Source: an archaeon (GTDB lineage: Archaea > Iainarchaeota > Iainarchaeia > Iainarchaeales > CSSED10-239). Taken from it: a DNA stretch of 15,222 nt. How positions within the stretch are numbered: position 1 is the first letter of the stretch; every line of letters begins with the position of its first letter. The translations under genes and the position numbers were made by a program. Positions 1 to 7,998 of this stretch are shown piece by piece. The stretch is taken from the NCBI GenBank assembly GCA_037147375.1, contig JBAWVI010000010.1:1-15222 (forward strand), in the 5' to 3' direction. The notes below the pieces were generated by a model. The model was not told where the DNA came from and did no database searches. It saw nothing but the letters and a program-made list of their open reading frames with translations.

Positions 1-607
1 TATCTTTATCAACAACCCATTGTGGTTTCTTAAGTTGCTTACTAAATCCCCAATGAATGGAACTATGAAGAGTTCTTAAAAATATGTTTCTATTACTTAT
101 CTTTCTTTGTCCAGAAAAAATAAGATTAAAATCAATATTAATTTTTTCATCTGTTAGCTTTACTCTATTTTCAATAACTTCTTCTTTATCAACATCTTTA
201 TTGAACATATAGCTTGCATTACTTGGCATATTATATGCAAATGTTCCAATTATATCATAATTTTTCTTTTCTAAGATTCTTCTAGCTACAGGAAGAGATG
301 ATCCACTTTGTCCAGCACAAACTCCAATAATAATTACTTTCTTTTTCTCAACATTTGGAAGTTGTTCTAAAAAATCAATTACAAAGCTTGGAGGATACCA
401 TGCATAAACTGGAAAACCAATAACTAGAAAATCATAATCTTTTTGACTTGTAACAGTTAAGATATCTTCAATCTTTTGTTTTTCAATATTAATCTTATTT
501 TGCTTGAAATACGTACACCAAGAATCAATAACATAAGCAGTATTTCCAGTTCCTGAAAAATAATAAGCAATTCCAGATTTAGAATCTTTAATTTCTTTTG
601 AAACCAT
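1..607 (-). CDS. Flavodoxin-like protein (EFR1/flavodoxin-type N-terminal domain); the 3' end runs off the window
   Basis: Not in the ORF track because it has no stop in the window. My translation from the ATG at 605-607 (minus) reads MVSKEIKDSKSGIAYYFSGTGNTAYVIDSW...DYDFLVIGFPVYAWYPP...KVIIIGVCAGQSGSS. YFSGTGNT is the flavodoxin-type FMN phosphate-binding loop. An in-frame TAA lies 2 codons upstream of the ATG, and the frame stays open to position 1. Confidence 0.75.
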   Translation of the reverse strand, partial: MVSKEIKDSKSGIAYYFSGTGNTAYVIDSWCTYFKQNKINIEKQKIEDILTVTSQKDYDFLVIGFPVYAWYPPSFVIDFLEQLPNVEKKKVIIIGVCAGQSGSSLPVARRILEKKNYDIIGTFAYNMPSNASYMFNKDVDKEEVIENRVKLTDEKINIDFNLIFSGQRKISNRNIFLRTLHSSIHWGFSKQLKKPQWVVDKD

Positions 608-722
608 ACCTTATAATATATTAGATAAGATTTATATTGATTTTGCTTGGCCAGCTACCCCCCCAAAAAGAATATATATTCATTGCTCTAATATCTATTA
701 TCAAGCTAATTTTTGATAAAAA

Positions 723-2615
723 ATGAAAGAAAAAGATACTACGCTTATTTATTTTAGGCATAATCAGTTCCGTGATGGACAAAAAGAAATAATAACAGAC
801 ATCTTAACAGCTATAACTGAAAAGAAAAACATTCTTCTTCATGCACCAACAGGAAGTGGAAAAACTGATGCTGCTCTTTCTGCAGCAATTACTTTTGCAA
901 AAGAAAATAATAAAAAAATTCTTTTCCTAACTCCAAAAACATCTCAACATAAGATTGCTCTTGAAGTTGTAACTGATATTAATAAAAAATATACTCTTAA
1001 TCTTAGAGCAATAGATTTTGTTGGAAAAAGACATTTATGTATTGATCCTGTTGTTTCTCAAACAGGAAGTAACTTTTATGAAGTTTGTAAGTATGCAAGA
1101 GAGAAAGGACAATGCCCTTTCTTTATTAATGCAAGACCAACTGATAAAACTAAAAAAGAATTACTTGTTTATGATTTAAATCAAGCATTTTTAGATAATC
1201 TTGTAATATCTCATCATTCAATTAAAGAAATTTCTGAAAACTTTAAAACAGGATCTGGAAAACCATTTCCATTATGTCCTTATGAGGTTGCGAAGATATA
1301 TGCAAAGAAATGTAACGTAATTATTGCAGACTATTATCATGTATTTTCAAAAAAGATATCTGATTCTTTACTTGGAGAACTTGGTGTTAATCTTTCTGAT
1401 TGTATATTAATTATTGATGAAGCACATAACTTAGAAGAAAGACTTCTAAAGCTTCAATCTAAGTCTCTTAATACAATTATATTAAACAAAGCTGCTAAGG
1501 AAGCAGGAGATCTTAAAAATAATGTTCTTAAAACAACCTTACTCTCTCTTGCAGATGCAATTGAAACTATTGCTGAAAATAAACTAAAGGATAGAGATGA
1601 AGAGTTTATTAAAGCTAATGAACTAATCTTAGAATATGAAAATCACATGCTTGAAATAATTGATGAGCTTGAAAAAACAGGCTTGGAGTACATTGAAAAG
1701 ACTGAAGAAGGAAGGTCAGCTCTAATAACTGTTGCTCTTTTCTTAAATGATTGGCTAATTGATACTCAAACACACATAAGGTTTGCTAAAAAAGAAAATA
1801 GAATAGTTTCAATCAAGCACAATGCTCTTGCAATCACAGAAGTTACAAAAAGTGTATTTGATAGTGCATACTGTTCTATTCTAATGTCTGCAACCTTAAC
1901 CCCAACATCCATGTATCAAGAAATATTTGGACTAGGAAAGAATCTTATTGCAAAGGAATATCCATCTCCCTTTTCAGAAAAGAATAGATTAGATCTATTA
2001 GTTCCTGGAGTCACAACTAAATACACAACTAGAAACGATAATAATTATAAGATTTATGGAGATTATATTAACAAATGTGTAAACTCAATTCCTGGTAACG
2101 TTGTTATCTTTTTTCCATCTTTTGAGGTTATGCGTTACATCTTACCAAATATAAAAATAAATAAACCAAAGATTATTCAAGAAGAGGGAACAGACTCTAA
2201 AGAGTTTGAAGATATGATAACTAAGTTTAAGCACGAGTCTAGAAAGTTTGGAAGTGCACTCTTTGCTGTAATGGGTGGAAAAGCAAGTGAAGGAATTGAT
2301 CTTCCAGGAAATTTCTTAATTGGAGCAATTATTGTTGGAGTTCCTTTAGGAAAGATGGAACTATTTACAAAAGCAAGAATAGATTATTATGAGAAGAAAT
2401 ATAATAAAGGATGGGCATATGCTTACATTCAACCAGCTATTCAAAAAACAATACAGAGTGCAGGAAGAGTAATTAGATCAGAAACAGATAGAGGAGTAGT
2501 TATTTTCCTTGATGAAAGATATACTTGGCCTAACTATAAAACTTACTTACCAAAAACATTAAAGTTTAAGATAACAAAAACTCCAGAAATAGATATTAGT
2601 GAGTTCTTTAAATAA
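723..2615 (+). CDS. xpd: XPD/Rad3-family 5'-3' DNA helicase with a 4Fe-4S cluster domain
   Basis: Walker A is HAPTGSGKT (res 40-48) and the DEAH box is IIDEAHNL (232-235). Four Cys lie between them (C106, C122, C131, C185 in HLC/EVC/QCP/LCPYE), as in the XPD FeS domain. Motif VI is QSAGRVIRSETDRGVVIFLDERY near the C-terminus. The 630-aa length is typical. Confidence 0.9.
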   Translation: MKEKDTTLIYFRHNQFRDGQKEIITDILTAITEKKNILLHAPTGSGKTDAALSAAITFAKENNKKILFLTPKTSQHKIALEVVTDINKKYTLNLRAIDFVGKRHLCIDPVVSQTGSNFYEVCKYAREKGQCPFFINARPTDKTKKELLVYDLNQAFLDNLVISHHSIKEISENFKTGSGKPFPLCPYEVAKIYAKKCNVIIADYYHVFSKKISDSLLGELGVNLSDCILIIDEAHNLEERLLKLQSKSLNTIILNKAAKEAGDLKNNVLKTTLLSLADAIETIAENKLKDRDEEFIKANELILEYENHMLEIIDELEKTGLEYIEKTEEGRSALITVALFLNDWLIDTQTHIRFAKKENRIVSIKHNALAITEVTKSVFDSAYCSILMSATLTPTSMYQEIFGLGKNLIAKEYPSPFSEKNRLDLLVPGVTTKYTTRNDNNYKIYGDYINKCVNSIPGNVVIFFPSFEVMRYILPNIKINKPKIIQEEGTDSKEFEDMITKFKHESRKFGSALFAVMGGKASEGIDLPGNFLIGAIIVGVPLGKMELFTKARIDYYEKKYNKGWAYAYIQPAIQKTIQSAGRVIRSETDRGVVIFLDERYTWPNYKTYLPKTLKFKITKTPEIDISEFFK

Positions 2616-2731
2616 AACCCCAATCTTTATAAATAATTGTGTATATATATTATATTAAGAGTGAACTAATTTTGTGCTTAAATTATTAAAATTAAAACAT
2701 AAAAATAAATGAAAAAATAAAATGTGATATT

Positions 2732-3019
2732 ATGGAACTTCCAAAAGTAATTAAAACATACTGTAGAAAATGTAAAAAACACACAGAACATAAGCTTAAG
2801 GCTTACAAGGCAAAGAAAGCTAGAACCTTATCTAAAGGAACTAGAAAGAATATTGATAAGCACAAGTCAGGTTATGGAGGAATGGCAAAGCACGTTAAAG
2901 GTGTTAAGAAACAGAATAAAAAGCCAGTTTTCACAGCTGAATGTGCTGTTTGTAAATCAAAGCACTATTTCGTTATTCCTAAAAGAATGAAGAAGATAGA
3001 TGTTGGTGGAGGAGAATAA
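2732..3019 (+). CDS. rpl44e: 50S ribosomal protein L44e (eL42)
   Basis: The 95-aa, very basic protein starts PKVIKTYCRKCKKHTEHK. It has a CxxC...CxxC zinc ribbon (C11/C14 and C71/C74) and KGTRKN...GYGG, all characteristic of L44e. T-runs follow the stop. Confidence 0.92.
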   Translation: MELPKVIKTYCRKCKKHTEHKLKAYKAKKARTLSKGTRKNIDKHKSGYGGMAKHVKGVKKQNKKPVFTAECAVCKSKHYFVIPKRMKKIDVGGGE

Positions 3020-3099
3020 AATCTCCTTTTTACTAGCAAATTCCTTTTTTTATAAAAACAGTTCTATTTTTAAAAGCTTATTTTAAATATTTATAATAT

Positions 3100-3774
3100 A
3101 TGGTTAAGATAGATAATTATTATAAGTTTGTAGGTGCAAGTTTTGGACTTGCATACTTTGTTGGTTTAACAATAGCATTAATATATATTTTACTTGGAGC
3201 AAGCTATCCAGTTCCAGAAAGCTTTACAAGTTCTCTTCATCTAACAAGTCAAATCTATTTTAAAACTACATATCTTGATATGTCAAACACAAGTTTTAAT
3301 TTAGCAGTAATTCCATTTTCTTATTTAATTGAAGCAGTTAACTATGGGTTTTCTCACACCATACTGTTAACCTCATCTTTCCTTGGGCAAATTAAATTAC
3401 TTGTTCAATTATTACCACTTTTATTTTTCTTTTTGAGCTTTATTATATTTTCAACTATTGGACTAAAAGCATTCCTTTACATAATTAAAAGCATTGTAAA
3501 TTATTTCTTGCAAAAAAAGGATAGATTCAATAAATTAGATTTTAAAATATTTACAAAAAGAGATATTATATTTTTCTTTATAGGAATAATTAGTTTAATG
3601 GTTGGAACTATATTCCAATTAAAGCTAATTAAAATCATGTTTATTTTTTTAATAAACTTTAAATCAATTACATTTGCATTAATATTAATCTTATATCTTA
3701 TTTTAATTCTTATTTCTGGATATACAATATATAACCTTGGTGTTGATGCTTATAATAGGTTAAATAAAAAATAA
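3100..3774 (+). CDS. Hypothetical multi-pass membrane protein (about 5 TM helices)
   Basis: The 224-aa ORF has long hydrophobic segments at about res 12-33, 66-95, 100-125, 155-175 and 185-210. I recognise no motif. It ends 11 nt before the ATPase start, and AAGGAA lies in the spacer. Confidence 0.7.
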   Translation: MVKIDNYYKFVGASFGLAYFVGLTIALIYILLGASYPVPESFTSSLHLTSQIYFKTTYLDMSNTSFNLAVIPFSYLIEAVNYGFSHTILLTSSFLGQIKLLVQLLPLLFFFLSFIIFSTIGLKAFLYIIKSIVNYFLQKKDRFNKLDFKIFTKRDIIFFFIGIISLMVGTIFQLKLIKIMFIFLINFKSITFALILILYLILILISGYTIYNLGVDAYNRLNKK

Positions 3775-3785
3775 GGAACATAAAA

Positions 3786-5681
3786 ATGGGATTAGATTTT
3801 AAAGATGAAGATGTTGTAGTTGGAAGAAGCCAAAATCAGATTGATAAGTATGGTTCTAAAGGAACAGGATACATTGGTAAGGTTGTTGTTTCTGCTGGAG
3901 ATGAACCTGTTCTTGGTAAAAAGGTACTTATGGACTTATCAAGATCACACGTTATGATTGTTTGCGGAAAAAGGGGTGGAGGAAAATGTGTAACTGGAGA
4001 TACTCTTGTTACTCTCTCAAATGGGCAAGAAGTTCAAATTAAAGATCTTGAAAGAAATAAAGATTCAATAATATCAATTAATAATGATCTTAAAACTGAA
4101 TCAAATAAGAAAGATGAATTTTTTAAAAGAAAAGTAAATAAGCTTATAAAAATTACATTAAGAACAGGTAAGGAAATTAAATTAACTCCTGAACATCCTC
4201 TCCTTACAATTAAAGGATGGGTAAAAGCTAAAGATCTTAATGTGAAATCAAGAATTGGAACCTATAATATAAATAAATTAAAAACAAATAAAATCCCAAA
4301 AGAAATCTGGGAAATATATAAACTAAAAAATATAAATATTATAAGAAATATAGTTGGATCTGAAAATATTCAAAAAATAAAAAAATATAATTATTCTCCA
4401 TCTAGAGAAAAGTTGCTTGAGATTGCAAAAGCAGATAAAAGTAAGGATCTAGAAAAGATTGCAAACTCAGATATCTTCTGGGATGAAATTAAAAAGATTG
4501 AAGAAATTAAAGGTTCATTTGATGTTTATGATATTTCAGTTCCTGAAAATCACAATTTTATTGCAAATGGAATAATAGTACACAATAGTTATTCAATGTC
4601 AGTAATTATTGAAGAATTTTGTAAACAACCTTTTGATATTAAAGAAAGATTATCTGTTATTGTTATTGATACAGTTGGTATCTTTTGGACAATGAAGTAT
4701 GCAAACAAAGAAGAAGGAAATGATCTTTCAAAATGGGATCTTAAAGCTGAAGGAGTAGATATTAGAAACATGATACCTTTTGGTAAACAAGATTTCTATA
4801 AAGAAAAAAATATTCCTTTTGATATTCCTTTTTCAATTAGAACCTCACAAATGGATTTAGAAGATTGGCTTGGGATGTTTCGTTTATCTTGGAAGGATCC
4901 TGAAACATCTCTTCTTTCAAGAACAATGGAAGCAATAAAAGAAAAGGTTGGAACTCTTTATGATATGGATGATATCATGAAGGTCGCACTTAAAGATGAA
5001 GAAACAACAATTGATGTTAAAAATTCTCTTGTTAATAGACTTAAGGTTGCTAAAGGCTGGGGACTCTTCTCAAAGCAAGGAACAACAACTAAAGAGTTTG
5101 CAAGGCCCGCAACAATTACAGTTATTGATGTTTCAACATACAAGCAAACAATTGGAATGGAAGCAGTTTCAGAACTTATTGTTGGACTTCTTGGAAAAAG
5201 ATTATATGAAGAAAGAATGCTTTACAGAAAAGAGGAAGAAATGAATCTCTTGTCTGGAAAAAAGAAAGAAAGTGAAATGCCAATTATCTGGATGATGATT
5301 GATGAAGCACACATGTTCATGCCACAAGATAGACCAAGCATGGCTCTTGATGTTCTTCTTCAATGGATTCGTGTAGGGCGTCAACCTGGACTCTCTTTAC
5401 TTCTTGCAACACAGAGACCAAATAAGCTTCATTCGGAAGCAATTTCTCAATGTGATTTATTCTTATCAATGAGAATGACTGCTCAAGAGGACATTAATGC
5501 AGTTTCTGCAATCAGACCAAGCTATCTTAACTTACCAATAGATAAGTTTTATGCACAAATGCCAAAATCCCAAGGTTATGCAATTCTCTTAGATGATAAT
5601 TCTGAGAAAATGATGCTAATCAAGATAAGACCAAGACTTACATGGGATGGAGGAAAAACTGCAAACGTGTTTGTTGATTAA
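3786..5681 (+). CDS. HerA/FtsK-superfamily (DUF87-type) P-loop ATPase, interrupted by an in-frame intein
   Basis: Walker A is GKRGGGK|...|S once the intein is removed. Walker B is IIWMMIDEAHMF. LLLATQRPNKLHSEAISQCDLFLSMRMTAQED matches the HerA-type ATQRP...SQC...R signature. The mature extein would be about 431 aa. Confidence 0.88.
   Translation: MGLDFKDEDVVVGRSQNQIDKYGSKGTGYIGKVVVSAGDEPVLGKKVLMDLSRSHVMIVCGKRGGGKCVTGDTLVTLSNGQEVQIKDLERNKDSIISINNDLKTESNKKDEFFKRKVNKLIKITLRTGKEIKLTPEHPLLTIKGWVKAKDLNVKSRIGTYNINKLKTNKIPKEIWEIYKLKNINIIRNIVGSENIQKIKKYNYSPSREKLLEIAKADKSKDLEKIANSDIFWDEIKKIEEIKGSFDVYDISVPENHNFIANGIIVHNSYSMSVIIEEFCKQPFDIKERLSVIVIDTVGIFWTMKYANKEEGNDLSKWDLKAEGVDIRNMIPFGKQDFYKEKNIPFDIPFSIRTSQMDLEDWLGMFRLSWKDPETSLLSRTMEAIKEKVGTLYDMDDIMKVALKDEETTIDVKNSLVNRLKVAKGWGLFSKQGTTTKEFARPATITVIDVSTYKQTIGMEAVSELIVGLLGKRLYEERMLYRKEEEMNLLSGKKKESEMPIIWMMIDEAHMFMPQDRPSMALDVLLQWIRVGRQPGLSLLLATQRPNKLHSEAISQCDLFLSMRMTAQEDINAVSAIRPSYLNLPIDKFYAQMPKSQGYAILLDDNSEKMMLIKIRPRLTWDGGKTANVFVD
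3987..4586 (+). mobile_element. Class-1 mini-intein (200 aa), inserted between the Lys and Ser of the Walker A motif
   Basis: It starts with Cys (CVTGDTLVTL, block A; TGT at 3987-3989). Block B is LTPEHPLL (T-x-x-H). Blocks F/G are VYDISVPENHNFIANGIIVHN, followed by the +1 Ser (AGT 4587-4589). The roughly 70-aa central linker has no LAGLIDADG or HNH motif. Confidence 0.85.
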
Positions 5682-5682
5682 A

Positions 5683-7077
5683 TTAATTTTTTGCTCTAAT
5701 TTTATGAAGTATCTTTCTTTCTTGTTCAGATAACACGTGCCAGAAATGCTTAATACTATAAGCAACTGGTTTTTGTAGGATTATACTTGTATAAAGATTT
5801 ACTTTATTTCTATTAACATCCTTTATGTTCTTTGAATAAAGAAGTGCAATAAACCTAAATGCCATTGATATTGCAATAACTAAAAGAATAGCTTGTACTT
5901 CATTACCATATACCTTTTTACCAATTGCAATTATTCCTGCACCAACTAAAGATCCTGCAAGCATAGCAAATGCCTGGAAAATATAAAAGAAAGACATATG
6001 GTTGATTAAATCAACCTTAACATTTTGATAAAAGTAATTTAAAATTGCATAATTAAATCCTGCAAATATAATTCCAGACACAAATTGTAAAATAATAAGA
6101 ACAGGTAAATTTTTTAGGAAAAGAAATTCAACAAATAAAGTAAATGGAATAAATGCAATTGTTGTTTTTATAATCTTAACAGAACCGTACTTGTTTGAAA
6201 CATAGCCCCAATAATATAAGCTAAATACTGATCCAAGTACAAATGCAGCAAACCATAAAATATAATCAGAATAACTAAATTTTAATACACTTAATAATAA
6301 ATATGGAAAATAAGATGTTGAAATAAATAAACCAAAATAATAAAGTAAAACAAATATTAAGAAGTTAAAGAAAATCTTATCTTTTAAAACTTCTTTTTTA
6401 AATACAGCAAAGATTGGTTTAGACATTCTTGTAGTTTCTTTAACAATATCATCTTTATCTTCTGTTTTACTTATCTTATTTAAAAATCTGGATGAAATGT
6501 ATCTAAACAAACCAGCACACAAGAAAAGGATTACAAATCCAATCAATTGAGGATCTGATTGAACAACATCAAGAAGTAATCCTGCAAAGATTATTGGAAG
6601 TAAAGAAAACAAATCTAAAATTAAGTTTTTGGATGCAATAAACTTACCTATTTTTTCAGGAGGAAATAATCTTCTCATCCAATCACGATAAATTGGATCA
6701 AGTAAGATTCCACAACCAACTAATAAAGTATATACAACTATAACTGCCCAAACAACTGTTGATCCAACAAACAAAAACTTTACTAAAGCTAGTGGAATCC
6801 ACAAGAATGCTTGAAGAGTTACAAAGAAAACAACAGCTTGTCTCTTTGAATTAAACTTACTTAGTATCTTATATGAAATAAGAACTAAGAAAGAAGTTAT
6901 AAATAATGGAAGAGTATCAATTAATCCAACTTGCAAAGGAGATGCTCCAAGAGTGATTATAAATGGAACTAAGAATGATAAAGCAATTGAGTTCATTAGA
7001 ACCCAAAATATACCATCACTAATTGAATATTTAGTATCTCTCTTAATTTGTGGATTAGTATTTTGAAAGTCTAGCAT
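5683..7077 (-). CDS. 12-TM transporter, MFS-like (6+6 topology)
   Basis: The 464-aa protein has hydrophobic helices throughout and one central hydrophilic loop (ISKTEDKDDIVKETTRMSK, about res 200-225). A weak MFS-like basic loop (SKFNSKRQ) follows TM2. It converges on the ATPase gene with 1 nt between the stops. Confidence 0.7.
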   Translation of the reverse strand: MLDFQNTNPQIKRDTKYSISDGIFWVLMNSIALSFLVPFIITLGASPLQVGLIDTLPLFITSFLVLISYKILSKFNSKRQAVVFFVTLQAFLWIPLALVKFLFVGSTVVWAVIVVYTLLVGCGILLDPIYRDWMRRLFPPEKIGKFIASKNLILDLFSLLPIIFAGLLLDVVQSDPQLIGFVILFLCAGLFRYISSRFLNKISKTEDKDDIVKETTRMSKPIFAVFKKEVLKDKIFFNFLIFVLLYYFGLFISTSYFPYLLLSVLKFSYSDYILWFAAFVLGSVFSLYYWGYVSNKYGSVKIIKTTIAFIPFTLFVEFLFLKNLPVLIILQFVSGIIFAGFNYAILNYFYQNVKVDLINHMSFFYIFQAFAMLAGSLVGAGIIAIGKKVYGNEVQAILLVIAISMAFRFIALLYSKNIKDVNRNKVNLYTSIILQKPVAYSIKHFWHVLSEQERKILHKIRAKN

Positions 7078-7157
7078 ATTTTATTCAAGTTTAAATTTAG
7101 TTTAATATTAATAGATAGTTAGAAATATTTATAAACAAGATTTAAGAATTAAAATAG

Positions 7158-7231
7158 TGCTCGAAGGGGGATTCGGACCCCCGTTATCAGAGTGAGAGTC
7201 TGATGTGATTACCGGGCTACACTATTCGGGC
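7158..7231 (-). tRNA. tRNA-Glu (anticodon CUC), with no encoded CCA and no intron
   Basis: The minus strand reads GCCCGAA TA GTGT AGCCCGGTAA TCAC A TCAGA CTCTCAC TCTGA TAAC GGGGG TCCGAAT CCCCC TTCGAGC A. This folds as a cloverleaf with a 5-bp anticodon stem, a 7-nt loop (U33, CUC, A37), a 5-bp GC T-stem and a GUGUAGcCCGG D-arm typical of archaeal tRNA-Glu. Folded by hand; tRNAscan-SE was not run. Confidence 0.8.
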
Positions 7232-7324
7232 AATAATTATTTGAAAATTAATTATGTTTACTAAAAACCTAAAAAATAAGATCTCTCACAATATATATTA
7301 TGAATGTAAATATATTTAAACCCT

Positions 7325-7933
7325 TTATTTCTTTCTTTTTGAGGACTTTTTAGGAGTAGTTGCTTTGCTTTTCTTTTGCTTTGGCTTAGGTATTTCAATC
7401 TCTTCCTCATCTTCAAGCAAAGGTTCTTCAACTTCTTCATCTAATACTTGATCTTCATCTTCAAGCGCATCCTCATCTGGAAGCAATCCTTCAATCTCAT
7501 TATCTTCATTAAAACCAAGTCCATCATCTTCTTCTCTTGGATTTATTCTTTTTCTTGAAGTATATTCTCCTTCTTTTCTAATTCCAAGAACATTTGTGTT
7601 CTCAACTCTAGTACTTGTGAAATTAAGTATATAAAATATTATAAAGTTCAATAAAATAAAACCAATTATGATTTGATAAAATAAACCTTGAGCATAAATC
7701 ATTAATAATCTTACAAGAAGAAGAATGCTTGAGAATATCTCAATATATGATAAATATCTTTCCTTTAAGAAAAGCTGGGTTGTATTAACAAATATAAATC
7801 CTAAAGTTGCAAGAGAAATAAATAAACCTAATAAGAAAGGAGATGTAAAAAAGAAAGAAAGAACAGTAAACAAGAATAGAACATATGGTGCTATCTTTCT
7901 TAATAAGCCAGTTCTAATTGTAATTGTAGTCAT
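7325..7933 (-). CDS. Hypothetical membrane protein (about 4 TM) with an acidic, then lysine-rich, C-terminal tail
   Basis: The 202-aa protein has a hydrophobic N-terminal 110 aa. It then runs EEDDGLGFNEDNEIEGLLPDEDALEDEDQVLDEEVEEPLLEDEEEIEI and ends PKPKQKKSKATTPKKSSKRKK. A TATA-like TTATATAT lies about 29 nt upstream of the ATG. Confidence 0.7.
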   Translation of the reverse strand: MTTITIRTGLLRKIAPYVLFLFTVLSFFFTSPFLLGLFISLATLGFIFVNTTQLFLKERYLSYIEIFSSILLLVRLLMIYAQGLFYQIIIGFILLNFIIFYILNFTSTRVENTNVLGIRKEGEYTSRKRINPREEDDGLGFNEDNEIEGLLPDEDALEDEDQVLDEEVEEPLLEDEEEIEIPKPKQKKSKATTPKKSSKRKK

Positions 7934-7998
7934 AAATCTTCTTATCTCTTTTTGAGTACAGAATATATAAGAGAAAAAGATTTATAAAGATAACTAAG

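Noticed and set aside
2616-2731. The 116-nt spacer upstream of rpl44e contains the mini-ORFs ATGAAAAAATAA and ATGTGA and several TATA-like strings. I considered a leader peptide or a ribosomal-protein autoregulatory leader.
   Set aside because: The mini-ORFs are 3 and 1 codons long and have no SD. The region is almost pure A/T, so TATA-like words and short ATG-stop pairs are expected by chance. I see no stable conserved-looking stem.
4260-4470. A possible homing endonuclease inside the intein.
   Set aside because: The central segment is only about 70 aa and contains no LAGLIDADG, HNH or GIY-YIG motif that I can see, so I call it a mini-intein with a linker. A remnant DNA-binding helix bundle cannot be excluded without structure prediction.
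4589-5384. Four 60-82-aa track ORFs inside or opposite the ATPase gene (4589..4771 -, 4958..5143 -, 4996..5244 +, 5202..5384 -).
   Set aside because: All are fully embedded in a 631-aa gene with clear Walker A, Walker B and HerA motifs. Their translations are low-complexity S/L/F/I-rich with no motifs, which is typical shadow-frame output in AT-rich DNA.
5679-5685. Convergent stops of the ATPase and the MFS-like gene are separated by 1 nt (TAA-A-TTA), which implies overlapping 3' transcript ends.
   Set aside because: This is common in compact genomes. A T6 run follows the ATPase stop inside the MFS 3' end. There is no further structure suggesting a regulatory antisense element.
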